Part shown: in pieces, positions 1-13,286 of the stretch
Layout of the letters: each line of letters starts with the position of its first letter
Numbering within the stretch: the stretch's first letter is position 1
Assembly: GCA_951406725.2 (NCBI GenBank)
Contig: OX597831.1
Location: 35,216,001-35,280,000 of the forward strand
Direction of reading: 5' to 3'
Length of the DNA stretch: 64,000 nucleotides
From: Octopus vulgaris
Lineage: Eukaryota
The notes under the pieces: model-generated
Told to the model about the DNA's origin: nothing
What the model saw: only the letters and a program-made list of their open reading frames with translations
Database searches by the model: none
Position numbers and translations under genes: made by a program

Positions 1-835
1 AGCACTCATGGTGCAGAATAGGGAAGATAGAGAGATCATTCTTGTAAAGATTTGGGAAGCAGTTTTTTCAACACTCAACTATGAAATACGATCATATCTT
101 TTGGCCAAATATCATCCTTATATCAACAGAAAGTGTTTGGCACATCCCCACAGTTCTTTCTTTCTGCTTTGCAGCTTATCAGTCATTATATTCTTGGACT
201 AACAATTGTCTTAGAGGAAATGGTTGAGTCAGTTTGTGTAATGTATCAAGTCTGTGTTTAATGTTTTGGCAAGCAGCAAGCCTCTAGTTTTCTGCCAAGT
301 CAATGTTTTCATTCTTGGCTATAAGATTTGTCCTTGATTTGGCAAATCAATGTCACATGTCAATCTGACCTCCCATAGTTCTTTTAAAATTTACATATTA
401 GTGACTTTCTGTTGAACCTCGATCTCTTCTACCTGTATCAGTCATGTCCCTTCTTGGTGCTTTTACAGAACTTTAGTGAAAGTCTCAGCATCATTTACAT
501 AAGTTTTATTCTTGATGTTGGGGAAATATTCTTTCTTGTTTGCGCCTCTCCATGATGTGTTCTTAATAAAATTTTACCAACACAACTGTGCGTAAAGAAG
601 CTCACTTTGCAACCATGTGGTTTCAGGTTCAAACTCAATGCACAGCACCTTGGGCAACTGTCTTTTACTATAATAGCCCAGGCTAACCAATGCCTTGTGA
701 GTGAATTTGGCTGAGAGAAACTGTGGCAGCCCATAGTATCTATGTTTATGTGTGTCTGTGTCTTTGTCTCCATCCACCACCACTGCTTGACAGACGGTGC
801 TGGTTTGTTTACGTCCCTGTAATTTAACAGTTCAG

Positions 836-1722
836 TAAATGCCAGAAAACCTTCTCAATGGTCTGTATCAAGAAAGCACAGGTATCCACATATTGCTTGA
901 CGGTGAATGGAACTGGGATAGAGTAGAAGGACAGTTTCGTATATCTGGGAAGTTGGATAACATCAGATGGAAGGTCAGATAAGGACATCAAATGCAGAAT
1001 TGGATTAGCAAAGAAGACTTTTATGGATATGAGGAGCATTTTTTGTGCAAAGAGAATTGGAATGGAAGTCAAGAAAAGACTATTGAAGTGCTACATCTGG
1101 TTGGTGCTAATGTATGGATGTGAGTCTTGAACGATAAGCAAAGTCATGAAGAAGAGACTCAAAGCTGCAGAAATGTGGTTTTACAGAAAAATGCTTAGAA
1201 TCTTTTGGGTACAGAGGGTGACGAATGTGGAAGTGTTGAAGAAGATGAAAATGAAGAGACAGTTGGTGGATACTATCAGAGAGAGACAGTGGAGATTTGT
1301 TGGTCATTTTCTCAGAGAAGATGACAGAATGGAGCATTACATGGTGGAGACTGAGCTGAGGTAATTTCTACTCTTCTCCTCTGGAAGCCATCTACTCGCA
1401 ATACCAGAGGGCGCACACTCTCCTACCCTGATGTAATCTCCAGGGATACAGGCATCCAGCAACAGGACCTCCGTAATGCCATGATGGACCGTGAAGTCTG
1501 GCGTAGCATGGTAAATTCCATTGTCTCGACCACGGTCGAACAATGATGATGATGATGATGGAAGGAGAGCGAGAAGAAGGCAGAGAATGAAGATGTTCAA
1601 CTGGATGAAGAAGAGAATGAGTGTGCAGACCGAGAAAGACCTGGGTGATGTTGCGAGAGACAGAAATAAATGGAGGAGGAACAAGCCATGATTCGTCAAA
1701 GGCATGAATATGCCAGGACACG
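836..1722 (+). mobile_element. RTE-clade LINE 3' fragment (decayed RT C-terminus) with a nested second RTE 3' end at about 1356-1560
   Basis: FVYLGSWITSDGRSDKDIKCRIGLAKKTF...LMYGCES...AAEMWFYRKMLRI...WRFVGHFLR with in-frame stops; insert ends in (TGA)n. Confidence 0.85.
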
Positions 1723-1893
1723 AGGGGGGAGGGGAGTAAAAGAATCCAATAAAATAAGTACCAAACTTTTTAAAAAAAGCATAATCACAGTCCAATAACT
1801 GAAACTAGTATAAAACAGGAAGATTTTCTTTCCAAATCTTTAACTGAAAGGAGCTCTTTTTCTATAAATATTGTTTTTCTTCATCCTCTAGCA

Positions 1894-2000
1894 CAGTGGT
1901 TCCCTGTTTTGGTCACCCTATTTTTCTTCAAGCCCCCCCCCCCCCCATCTTTCCACCCCTACCCTCAAGGGGAGCATACCACCCACTTTGGGAACCACTG
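1894..2000. mobile_element. hAT-type MITE
   Basis: TIR CAGTGGTTCCC/GGGAACCACTG; 8-bp TSD CTCTAGCA/CTCTAGTA. Confidence 0.75.
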
Positions 2001-2463
2001 CTCTAGTATACAAGAAGCAGATTAGAAACAAACTTATGATTAACGCTGGCTTATAGTATTTTCATATGCTTTTTTGAGCTCATGTTTCAAAGTTTATTAA
2101 TTTCCTAGTCGTGTAGAATCCTTCTGAAATTTCTCATTTCTTTCATGAGATCTTGGTGGGCTGCAAGCTTATTGATGAGATCGGACTGTCCAAGTTTGTG
2201 GTGCAGATTGTTTATGTCTTTTTCCTTTTTTTTTCTTCTTTCATTATCCACCTGAGTTGCATTACATTGAATTATTTTGTTATTGCATTCACGGCAGGTA
2301 TTTCCTAGATGTCCTTTCAAAATGAACACAGCTGTTTAAAAGCTGGCACGATAGTTCAATGTGTTCTCATGTGTGCATGTGTGTGTGTATATATATATAT
2401 AGAGAAAGATAGATAGATAGATATATGTGTGTGTTTATATATGTATATATATATGTATTTATC

Positions 2464-2495
<32 letters not shown>

Positions 2496-2507
2496 CGCAT
2501 GTATGAG

Positions 2508-2552
<45 letters not shown>

Positions 2553-3067
2553 ATGTTGTCTATATGTGTGTGTAAATTGTATGTACTCTTGTATATATGT
2601 ATTCATGTAGATATTTATGTTTGTATATATGTATGCATACGTCTGCATGGTAGATTCATTCATCAGCCTACCTACAAGTCTACCTTTGTGCACACACACA
2701 CACACACACTCACACGGTCATGCATACATAGGCACAGATAAAGGTAGGAACATCCCCCATAAAGTACATAAATGCAATACATCCAGATTACAAATTCTCT
2801 TCCCTTTCATCAATTTAATGTCCACTTTTTTCTGCTTGCATGTTTTGGAGAGAATTCACAGAGACAGATTATCTGCTGCTAGATGCTCTTATTCTCCTCA
2901 TCTCTCACTTGTTTCCAAGTAAGGAATTTCCCCATGTTCAGACATGTTTTCATGGAATATTGTAATCAAAGGCTACCACTTGAAAAACAGTCGTGTTTGT
3001 TTACAACTGTCACGTAATGTCAGGACAAGGCAACACAAGCACATATATACCCACACACACCAATGCA

Positions 3068-3116
<49 letters not shown>

Positions 3117-3151
3117 ATATATATATTTCTATTTGATAAGCACTAAATATT

Positions 3152-3200
<49 letters not shown>

Positions 3201-3202
<2 letters not shown>

Positions 3203-3586
3203 CACAGGCATGACTATGTGGTAAGAAGCTTGCTTCCCAACCACATGATTCTGGGTTCAGTCTCACTGTGTGGCACCTTGGGCAAGTCCCCCCTGCTTTA
3301 GCCTCAGGCTGACCAAAGTCTTGTGAGTGGATTTGGTAGACAGAAACTGAAAGAAGCCCATCATATATACGTATATATGTGTGTCTGTGTATCTGTGTTT
3401 GTTCCCCCACCATCGTTTGACAACCGATGTTTCTGTGTTTACATCCCCATAACTTAGCAGTTCATCAAAAGAGACTGATAGAATATGTACTAGGCTTACA
3501 AAGAATAAGTCCTGGCATTAATTTGTTTGACTAATGGCAGTGCTCCAGCATGACTGCAGTCATATGACTGAAACAAGTAAAAGAAA
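3201..3586 (+). mobile_element. tRNA-derived SINE family A (full copy)
   Basis: Head GGCACAGG..TGTGGTAAG..GGGTTCAGTC, CACCTTGGGCAAG core, internal (TA/TG)n, tail GACTGAAACAAGTAAAAG; many copies (e.g. 585-838, 25880-26090, 36316-36458, 45050-45270, 52715-52890). Confidence 0.85.
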
Positions 3587-4505
3587 ATATAATATATGAA
3601 TGAATCTGTGTTTGCATTTTTTTAATTACACAAACTGGAACAGAAGAAATTGATAAAAGCAATTCTGTTTCTATGAACAAGATTTTTAGTAAATTTTGTA
3701 TTTGTATTTTTTTATGTTTAAGTAACTCCTATAGTTGCAGCATTTCTTTTATAATTTTTGTAGGGATAAATTTTTCAATCCTTTACAGTATAATTTTTAT
3801 TTCATTTAAAGGAACCTTCATGCTAAATTAACTTAAAATTTATAATTAAACAATGCTTAATTCTCGAAAAAGAAAGGGTTATGTATCTAATTGAGTTTAT
3901 TTCTTTTAACTGTTTGGATACCATCCAGTCTGAGACCAACCCTCATTCTGTTATACAAACTTCCCGTTTTTACTTAAAACATTAAAACATACAAATTTAA
4001 TGTGAGCTAGATTAAAGCCTTCCTTTAAAAATTTGTGTGAATTTATGTTCTAAAACATCAGCTAAGTTATTTTACTAAATTCTTCGTTAATTTCAAAATC
4101 AATTGAAACAATGGCACTATTTTTCCACAGAAATATCATAGCAAATGGGTTAAAATGGTTATTTGTTTAGTTGCATTAGATGTTCAATATTTTAGTTTTA
4201 ACTTTGATGTATTCTAGCTTTTTGAACTGGTAAACAAAGATATTTTCTGATTTTTTTATAGTATTTTTATAGTCTATTTCTTTTATATCATTTTAGTTAT
4301 TTGATAAAAACAGCCTGGTTTTTTTTTTCTGTTTTGTCTTATGTTTCATAGTTTATAACTTATTTAATAAATGATATAAAAATACCACAACATTATAGAT
4401 GTAACCTTTAAATCTAAATTCTCACAGGTTAGGGTGTTAAATAATTACCCTATAATTCACATTGGTGTTGAAAGCGTATGTGTTTTCCGTCAATATTAGA
4501 AATAT

Positions 4506-4860
4506 ATGGAGAGGATGGATGAGGAATGGATGGTAAGGAGAGTGATGAAGGCAGAAGTGGTAGGCAGCAGAACCAGAGGCAGACCTTGGTTTGTGTAGAT
4601 GGATGGAGTGAGGAAAACTTTGGTGGGTAGAGGTGTTGGAGTGAGAGGGGCAAAAGAGTTTATAAATGATAGGAAAGCTTGGAGAGTGTTTGTAGACGGA
4701 TGAGTGAATTTGTTGTTGCTCAAAGGGGTATGAAACCAGCATGATGCGATGGGGGTAAACCAGCATATGCTGTTGGGCCCCACTGCTGATATTGGAGGTT
4801 GTGTTCTATGCCTTGACCCGGGCATAGAACGGGGCTCACCTCTTTGAGCTGGGAAATGAA
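4506..4860 (+). mobile_element. RTE-like LINE 3' end fragment
   Basis: MERMDEEWMVRRVMKAEVVGSRTRGRPW...DRKAWR, typical RTE C-terminus. Confidence 0.6.
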
Positions 4861-5401
4861 TGGAATGCCTAGTATGTGTTTTGTTGTGGTTACCCTCTCC
4901 TAAAAAAAAAAAATGGGGAAAAGGCCTGGGTATATGTATGTATGTATGATTAATCTGATTACAAATAGAAGAGATAGAGGTATCTTTTACTGGGGTGCTA
5001 AAGTTGGAGAAAGTGATACCATAAATTGAGAGGTCAGATTTGAAAATTTTGTATACCACTTCCTTGGCACTGGTCAGGGCATGCAGAAAAACCCCTCAGA
5101 GAAGGGGTAATTCCTTAATGAAACTCCTATTGACTCATGGCTATCCTTTAACTGGCAAAGTCTAGAATCACTCTAATATAAAAGGCTACTGCTGAAATAG
5201 TTCTCAGTCCCCTCCCTCATTATCGTCACTGGATATTTAACTAAACATACTTTAACCATTCTCAACTGGGGTCCATTTAGCTCCCAGGCGTGTCCATTAT
5301 AAGTTTAAAGTTTATTTGCGATAAATTGATAATACTTCTGCAATGCATAAAATATCTTGACAAATTTTTTTTGATACAATTCCTTTTACTTGTTTCTCTT
5401 T

Positions 5402-5600
5402 ACGCTTTACTCTTTTACTTGTTTCAGTCATTTTGACTGATGCTGGAGCACCGCCTTTAGTTGAGCAAATTGACCCCCGGTCTTATTCTTTGTAAGCCTA
5501 GTACTTATTCTATCGGGTTCTTTATCCAACCCGCTAAGATACGGGGACGTAAACACACCAGCATTAGTTGTCAAGCGATGTTGGGACACACACACACACA

Positions 5601-5631
<31 letters not shown>

Positions 5632-5790
5632 GACGGGCTTCTTTCAGTTTCCATCAACCAAATCCACTCACAAGGCTTTGGTCGGCCCGAGGTTATAATA
5701 GAAGACACTTGTCCAGGGTGCCATGCAGTGGGACTGAACCCGGAACCATGTGGTTGGTAAGCAAGCTACTTACCACTCAGCCACTCCTGC
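5402..5790 (-). mobile_element. SINE family A, inserted in a decayed hAT-like MITE (about 5257-5903)
   Basis: Reverse complement of the 3201 copy. Confidence 0.85.
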
Positions 5791-6498
5791 TAATATTTTA
5801 TCATAAAACTAGTGTTTTTTAAACATCAAATGGCTTTGGGAGCCCTCTAGAATAAGATTGGAACCAAAAGGGTCCATAAGTAACACAAGGTCAACAACCA
5901 CTGCTTTAACCATTCAGCATTCAGATTACTCTGTCCAAAGTCAGCTTATCTATTTACATTGGTTTGAAGTAATCCTTCATTATCTCATAGCTTCAAGGAT
6001 TCAATGATATGGCTGCTTAGTTTTAGAATGACATTGTAAAGGTAGGTGCAACAGGCCAGATCTGACTGGACTGAGCATAAAACAGGTAAAATATTTGGGC
6101 CTGGTATGGTTGGTTTATATACTGAAGGGTCAAGGAGAGGAATATTTGTCATACAATCACACAACACTTTAATCCAGTGATGTACAGATGTCACATGAGA
6201 CAGGTGTCATTCGACATGATATAGCCACCATCATGAATATGCATATCTATATACAGATGTGTGTGTGGGGAGGGGGGAGGAAAGGGGTATGTGTGTATGC
6301 ACATATATAACCGTTTCTGTTTGCCTATCTTTATATTTGTCTCTACTTGTCCATTTGTGTGTATTTGCATGCATTTCCATGTGACTGTATGTATGTCTTC
6401 TCTGCTTATGCATACACATGAATAGATCCACACACATACACACACCTACCTACACCTGCACACATACATACACACACAGACATAAGTATATAAATGTA

Positions 6499-6551
<53 letters not shown>

Positions 6552-6553
<2 letters not shown>

Positions 6554-6683
6554 TTATTTTATAGAAGGAGCTTCTACAGGACTAGAACTGTTTCATTCAA
6601 ATGAAATCATCAGGAAGCTTCCTGATGGTTTCATTTGAATGAAACAGTTCTAGTCCTGTAGAAGCTCCTTCTATAAAATAAAT
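6552..6683. repeat. 132-bp palindrome made of two head-to-head hammerhead-like units, next to (TA)n
   Basis: Centre AAGCTT; one mismatch (T6607/G6628); each arm reads GCTTC-CTGATGR-TTTCATTTGAAT-GAAACAG-TTCTAGTC-CTGTA-GAAGC. Confidence 0.85.
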
Positions 6684-6751
6684 TAATTTACTCTGCTATG
6701 TATTGAGTACCTTATTTACTGTGGTTAGCCCCGACTCAACCCGGGACCTAC

Positions 6752-6782
<31 letters not shown>

Positions 6783-6833
6783 GATCCATATACACCCACA
6801 CCCAAACCTACACACATAGGCATATGTATGTAA

Positions 6834-6870
<37 letters not shown>

Positions 6871-7413
6871 AGTCTTCGCTACATTTGCGACACCTGCCAG
6901 AGGGAGTGTTCATCCAGGATAGGACTATACAGCTACAGCAGGAGATGTATTAGGACATGAAATGTAAAAGCCGGACTAGATTATTTTATACGCAACTCCA
7001 TTGTCTCCCAAGACAAAAAGGATGCCAACAACAATATATAACCCTTCAATCATTGGGCAATAAACTGCACTTGCGAAGACTAGTTGAGTCAAGTGAAGTC
7101 ATTGTCATGGCCGATGACAGCACCACCTGATTGGCACCCGTGCCGGTAGAACTTAAAAATCGCCATTTGAGCATAATCAATGCCAGTGCTGCCTGACAGG
7201 ACCTCGTGTCTTTGGCACGTAAAAAGCACCCAATATACTCTTGGTGTGGTTGGCATTAGGAATAGCATCCAGCTGTAGAAACTTTGCCAAATCAGATTGG
7301 AGCCTTCAGTCAAACCGTCCAACCCATGCCAGCATGGAAAGCAGATGTTAAACGACGATGATGATGATGATATATCTAAATATATATACATATGTATTTT
7401 GATTTGTCCTTAA

Positions 7414-7798
7414 TCTCTCTATATATAAACGGCAGTTTGTCTGTGCGTGTTTCTGTGTGTCTGTTTGCTTGTACCCTCACCCTGACCACGGCTTTCAACC
7501 GATTCTGATGAAACTTGACACACACATAGCCCAATGTCATAATTCAAAACTAACGCAGCGAAAATTTTGAAAACTTCCCCCAGTTCTGAAAAAAATCGAT
7601 AAATTCGACATGGGGTCGAGAATCAGAAACACGAACCACAAACTGTCTAGGGGACGCAACTCCACCTTTTTTAAATCTCAAAAAAAAATTTACCATCATT
7701 TTTTTCCATTTTTTTGCTGTTTTTTGGCTATAACTCTCTAAAAATGATTTATAGTTATTTCCCTTACAAACCTGAGCAACGCCGGGCGATACTGCTAG
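7414..7798 (+). mobile_element. Non-autonomous Helitron
   Basis: A|TC 5' end, subterminal GC hairpin CCTGAGCAACGCCGGG, CTAG|T 3' end, no TSD. Confidence 0.75.
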
Positions 7799-7836
7799 TG
7801 AATTATAATTCAAGCTTTTCACACATATTACTACTT

Positions 7837-7878
<42 letters not shown>

Positions 7879-7989
7879 TACACACACACACACATATATA
7901 TATGAATATAGTTATATATATAAATATATATATATATATGTGTGTATATTTATATATATATATATATATATATACATATATACATGATA

Positions 7990-9056
7990 GCTTTCATGTG
8001 CCGCAGATGCACAGGGGCAATAGACACCACAGATACTCAGAAAACAGGTTCCATCACACTCCAGGGGGAGAAACTAGAAGTAGTTGATAGTTTTCTGCTA
8101 CCTTGGTGACCAAGTTAGTAGTGGGGGTGGATGCTCAGAGAGTGTCACCACTAGAATACGAATAGCCTGGGCAAAGTTTAGAAAGCTTCTACCCCTACTG
8201 GTGACAGAGGATCTCTCGCTCAGAGTGAAAGGTAGATTGTATGATGCATGTGTGCGGACTGCCATGCTTCATGGTAGTGAAACATGGGTTGTGACTGCAG
8301 AGGACATGCGTAAGCTTGAAAGAAATGAAGCTAGCATGATCTGCTGGATGTGTAATGTCAGTGTGCACACACGACAGAGTGTAAGCGCCCTGAGAGAAAT
8401 GCTGGACATAAGAAGCATCAGATGTGGTGTGCAAGAGAGACGTTTGCACTGGTATGGTCATGTACTGCGAATGGATGAGGAGAGATGTGTGAAGAAGTGC
8501 CACTCCCAAACAGTTGAAGGTATCCAGGGGAGAAGTAGACCCAGGAAGATATGGGATGAGGTAGTCAAGCATGACCTTCGAACGTTGGGCCTCACAATAA
8601 TGTGAGTTCATGGCTGCTTCCTGAACCAGTTTTCGCATAGCCCCAGCCCATCCAAACTACCTTGGATTGCAGAACGACCTGCTGTGCTTGAGGAGACCTA
8701 TTGAGTCAAGTACATCAACATCAAAATAAATATCAAATGGAAATTGTAGTTGTGATACCTGTGCCAGTGGCACGTAAAAAGCACCATCCGAGTGTGGCCG
8801 ATGCCAGTGCCGCTTTGACTGGTTTCTGTGCCAGTGGCACATAAAAAACTACAATCGATCATGGCCGCTGCCAGCCTCCCGTGGCACGTAAAAAGCACCC
8901 ACTACACTCACGGAGTGGTTGGTGTTAGGAAGGGCATCCAGCTGTAGAAACACTGCCAGATCAGACTGGAGCCTGGTGCAGCCTCCTGGCTTCCCAGACC
9001 CTGGTCAAACCGTCCAACCTGTGCTAACATGGAAAATGGACATTAAACGATGATGA

Positions 9057-9060
<4 letters not shown>
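7990..9060 (+). mobile_element. 5'-truncated RTE-clade LINE (ORF 8084-8605, RT C-terminus) with repeat-containing 3'UTR and (GAT)n tail
   Basis: FCYLGD...RIRIAWAKFR...LHGSETW...RRLHWYGHVLRM...GRSRPRKIWDEVV; tail-only copies at 7075-7370, 17200-17375, 21738-21908, 32985-33080, 33405-33560, 54840-55020. Confidence 0.9.
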
Positions 9061-9110
<50 letters not shown>

Positions 9111-9549
9111 GCACATATATGTATATACACACATGTGTGTACATGTACATATATATGTATATATATGTAAATATATACATACATATACATATGCATATAT
9201 ATACATACATATGTATGTATATACATATATATATATGTGTGTGTGTGTCTGTATATATGCATCCCTATTTTTGTAAGCAGTTGTATCTGTAAAAATTTTA
9301 TTTGAAGAGAGCTGAAATTGAAAGAAGAGAAAGTGAAAAGAGCAGAGAAAGAAAGTGAAAAATATATGTACCTCGATATGAAATGGACGTGTGTGTGTGG
9401 GGGGGGGGGGGGTACGTGCATACGTGTGTGATTGCGCATGTGTATGTGAGAAAGGAAGAGGGTGAGAAAGAGATAGAGTGAGTGAGTGAAGGTGTGTGTC
9501 GTGATGATTGATGTTTTTTAAGGTACACACACATATAGAAAATGTGACA

Positions 9550-9852
9550 TCTTTATATATAAAATTGAAGTTGTGTGAGACTCTGTCTCCTCCGATTTAT
9601 ATTCCTAACTACTTCCACATTTTGCAGTGCAGTTTAACCAAAAGCGGGTATCTTATAGTCGTCATTCATATCGAGCCCTTCTGGGTATTAGCGCGCATCT
9701 ATGATGAGTCTACGATTTAAAAAAAAAGTTACCATCATTTTTCCGCATTTTTAATGATTTTTGCTCAGGTTAAATAAGGAAAGTAACTCTCTGAAAATGC
9801 TTATATAGTTATTTCCCTTACAAACCCGAGCTACGCCGGGCGATACTGCTAG
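9550..9852 (+). mobile_element. Non-autonomous Helitron (3' end shared with 7414-7798)
   Basis: A|TC...CCCGAGCTACGCCGGG...CTAG|T. Confidence 0.72.
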
Positions 9853-9865
9853 TAATCGTATAAAA

Positions 9866-10006
9866 TTTTTATGATAGTTGATTATATGACACTAGGAAAG
9901 AAAGGGTGTTTTATGTTTTGAGCATAGCTCTTCTTCAGAAACAGAAGACGGAGGAAAGAAATCAACAAGCCACATGTAGTTACATTTTGGGACGTATATT
10001 TATATA

Positions 10007-10042
<36 letters not shown>

Positions 10043-10087
10043 CACACATATATACATATACACATAAATACATATATGTTTATATAC

Positions 10088-10118
<31 letters not shown>

Positions 10119-10137
10119 TACATATATGTTTATATAC

Positions 10138-10173
<36 letters not shown>

Positions 10174-10738
10174 TTTCCTTTACATGCATCTTCCCACACT
10201 CTTGTCTGCCTGTTTCCTTCTCTTTGACACCACATTCCAATATATGCACACGTACTGATCTGTCTTTCTATAAAATCATGTCGTTTATGAATAAAAAAAC
10301 GTTTTACTATTGCTGTAGCGCTTTCCATCTTCTCTCTTTCCCCCCTACCCCCATTCACAAGGAACCAACAATATTTACAGAGACACCACCAACTCCCACA
10401 TACACATTACCATTCTTGAAGAAAACTAGTTTGCTGTATAACCATCCCTGACTAGAATGACCAGTCCCAGACCAAACACTCTAGATTCTTCTTTCTGTGC
10501 TGACCTCTCAAGAAATATTTTTGGCTCCAAAGTAACAAGCACATGCACCACTCCTCTGTTTCCATAAATCATACAAATATAGATTGTTGTTGTTGTTGTT
10601 TTTTTTTTCTATTGTATCAATGAATAGAAAGAATTTTATTTTTTAAATACTTACTTTTGCCCTTCCTGTTCATGACACACACATTCCCAGGTTAACGCAT
10701 TATATGACATAGTGTCATATAATCAACTATCATAAAAA
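9866..10738. mobile_element. Element bounded by 29-bp perfect inverted repeats, with a CpG-decayed hammerhead-like motif (9908-9942, -)
   Basis: TTTTTATGATAGTTGATTATATGACACTA at 9866-9894 and its reverse complement at 10710-10738. Confidence 0.6.
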
Positions 10739-10769
10739 CAAACCTCTGAAATAGGCAACCAGGCACTAA

Positions 10770-11110
10770 CACTCACTCACTCACACACACACTCACTTAC
10801 TCACTCACACACACACACACTTACTTACACACTCACACACACACACACTCACTTACTCACACACACTCACTTACTCACACACACTCACTTATTCACACAC
10901 ACACACACTCACTTACTCACTCACACACACACACACACTCACTTACTCACTCACACACACACACACACACTTACTCACACACACACACTCACTTACTCAC
11001 ACACTCACACACTCACTCACACACACACACACTTTTTCACTCACATGCACATCCACACTCACAGAAACTCAAAGAAACTCATACACACACACACACACAT
11101 TCACTTACAT
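10770..11110. repeat. Compound (CA)n/(CACTTACT) microsatellite
   Basis: Direct inspection. Confidence 0.9.
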
Positions 11111-12166
11111 GCGCATTCATTCACTCTCACACATCCACACATACTCATACACGCAGTGTCTGTGAGCCAAATTAAATTAATTCCCATTTTTTTTTGTCAA
11201 TATTCAGCAGAGTCTGGAGATTCCCTCCGGGGATAAAAATACTGGTCAATATAAAACATTGAACTTTTTAATACCTATGATAAAATTGTAATTCTACAAA
11301 TGTATTCACTCCTACCTTTGAGGTAGCCATACCTACTGTACTACACTCACTCCTCTATGTATGTGTGCCTATGTGTTTATGTATCTGTAACTGTATCTCT
11401 CCCCCTCTCTCTCATCATCCTTGTGATCCCTTAAAGTAGTCACCATGACATTTTGTGCTGAATGCTGGTTCTTGAAATTCTTACACTTTGCTAAAGAGGT
11501 GTGACACCATTCCATTGACTGAACCATATTTCATCCATTGTTACTAGATCAGAAAATCTGTCTTCATTGGCTTCAATTAGATTAGAGCAAACTTCCACCC
11601 TTTTTTTCCTTCAAATCCAGTGTTAGCTGATGAGGTACCCTATTTGTGCACCCTTTCTGATACCTTCATCAGAAGACTCTGGCTAAAAGCCTTTAGCTAG
11701 AAGCTTCTGATAAGGGTAATGTGACAAGAATTCAAGTTATTCTATACACTCATGACATGGGTCTTTATTACATAACAGATGTGATTATGACATAAAGCCA
11801 TGGGTAACTCAAAACAGCTGTTGAGATAAGACTCTTACATAACTATTTTTGCTTATTTGTATTCCATGTAAATATAATCATCATGCTTTCCTCTATTCAT
11901 CTCCTTTTTATTTTCATACTTGCTTGACAAGGAATGTCCTAATAATCAAATGTCTATGGGGCGGGAGTACCTGCCCTGGATGAAGTTGGGCTTTAAATTC
12001 TCTTTCATCACACACATGCACTCACTTCCTCTCTCCCCTTTCTCTCTCTCTCACTGTACATATATTTGACAAGTTTTGGCACAGCATCAAAATCTACTCA
12101 ACCCAAAGCTAATGCAGAGGACATGTAGTCAAGCGTGCTTCATAGTGGGATAATACTCGGAAGCCT

Positions 12167-12567
12167 TTCGTTTCTACTCTTGGCACAAGGCCCAAAATTT
12201 TAGGGGAGTGGGCCAGTAGATTAGATCGACCTCAGTACACAGCTGGTACTTAATTTATCTACGCTGAAAGGATGAAAGGCAAAGATGGCCTCAGTGGAAT
12301 TTGAACTCAGAATGTAAAGAGAGAGATGAAATACCTATTTCTTTATTACCCACAAGGGGCTAAACACAGAGGGGACAAACAAGGACAGACATAGGTATTA
12401 AGTTGATTACATCGACCCCAGTGCGTAACTGGTACTTAATTTATCGACCCCGAAAGGATGAAAGGCAAAGTCGACCTCGGCAGAATTCGAACTCACAACG
12501 TAACGCAGACGAAATACCGCTAAGCATTTCGCCCGGCGTGATAACGTTTCTGCCAGCTCGCCGCCTG
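12167..12567 (-). mobile_element. Tandem pair of SINE family B copies with two different 3' tails
   Basis: Core GACTTTGCCTTTCATCCTTTCGGGGTCGATAAATTAAGTACCAG; tails ...GCCCCTTGTGG and ...GGCCTTGTGCC. Confidence 0.8.
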
Positions 12568-13249
12568 ATACTTGGTAGCCTTTGATTGCAAAGTGAATCT
12601 CTGAACTACATAGCCACACTTAGGCCAACATACATAGTCTATAAGATTATTATCGCTCAGACTGTCAAGCTGATGACAATCAGAGATGAAACTCAGTATA
12701 GCTGTAAATATAAAACTTTTCTTTTATTTTTCATCTCTAATGATTAACAGTGTGAAAAAAATTTCTGATCTATTAACAATAACTCACCTGGGACATGTAG
12801 ACATTTCATTTATTATGCTCACCTTTAATTATATTTATTAACCATATGTGTACATGTATAGTTGTACACTTCTGTCTCTCTGTGTATGCACGTTCTCTAA
12901 ATTAATTCATTATTTATACAGTCACGTTTTTATGGTCAAGGGAAATGGGCCTGTACAATATTCATTCTCTTCTCAATGGTGTTGTTGCTGTAAATGGTGA
13001 AATGAGTTGAAGGAATTGTTGTAATTGATCTATAGGTATCATCTGCCATTGAAACTTTTTCTCTTTTTATTCCTTCATCCATTTATTTTTTATTTCACCA
13101 AATTAATCATGGAGGAAAGAGGCTGTGTTCATTATCTTTTGCAAGCACTTCGTAAAGATTGATGGGATCGATACAGATGTTACCCAGTCTGAATATCTGC
13201 AGGCCATGATTTGTTGAGAAGAAAATAAAATGATAGTGGTGGCGGTGGT

Positions 13250-13286
<37 letters not shown>

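Noticed and set aside
1-560. Unique-looking sequence (also 2105-2329, 13780-14330, 24340-24880)
   Set aside because: Probably old transposon debris. No recognisable motif could be assigned by eye.
11620-11720. CTGATGA motifs and a small hairpin
   Set aside because: No properly placed GAAA or stems, so a hammerhead cannot be supported.
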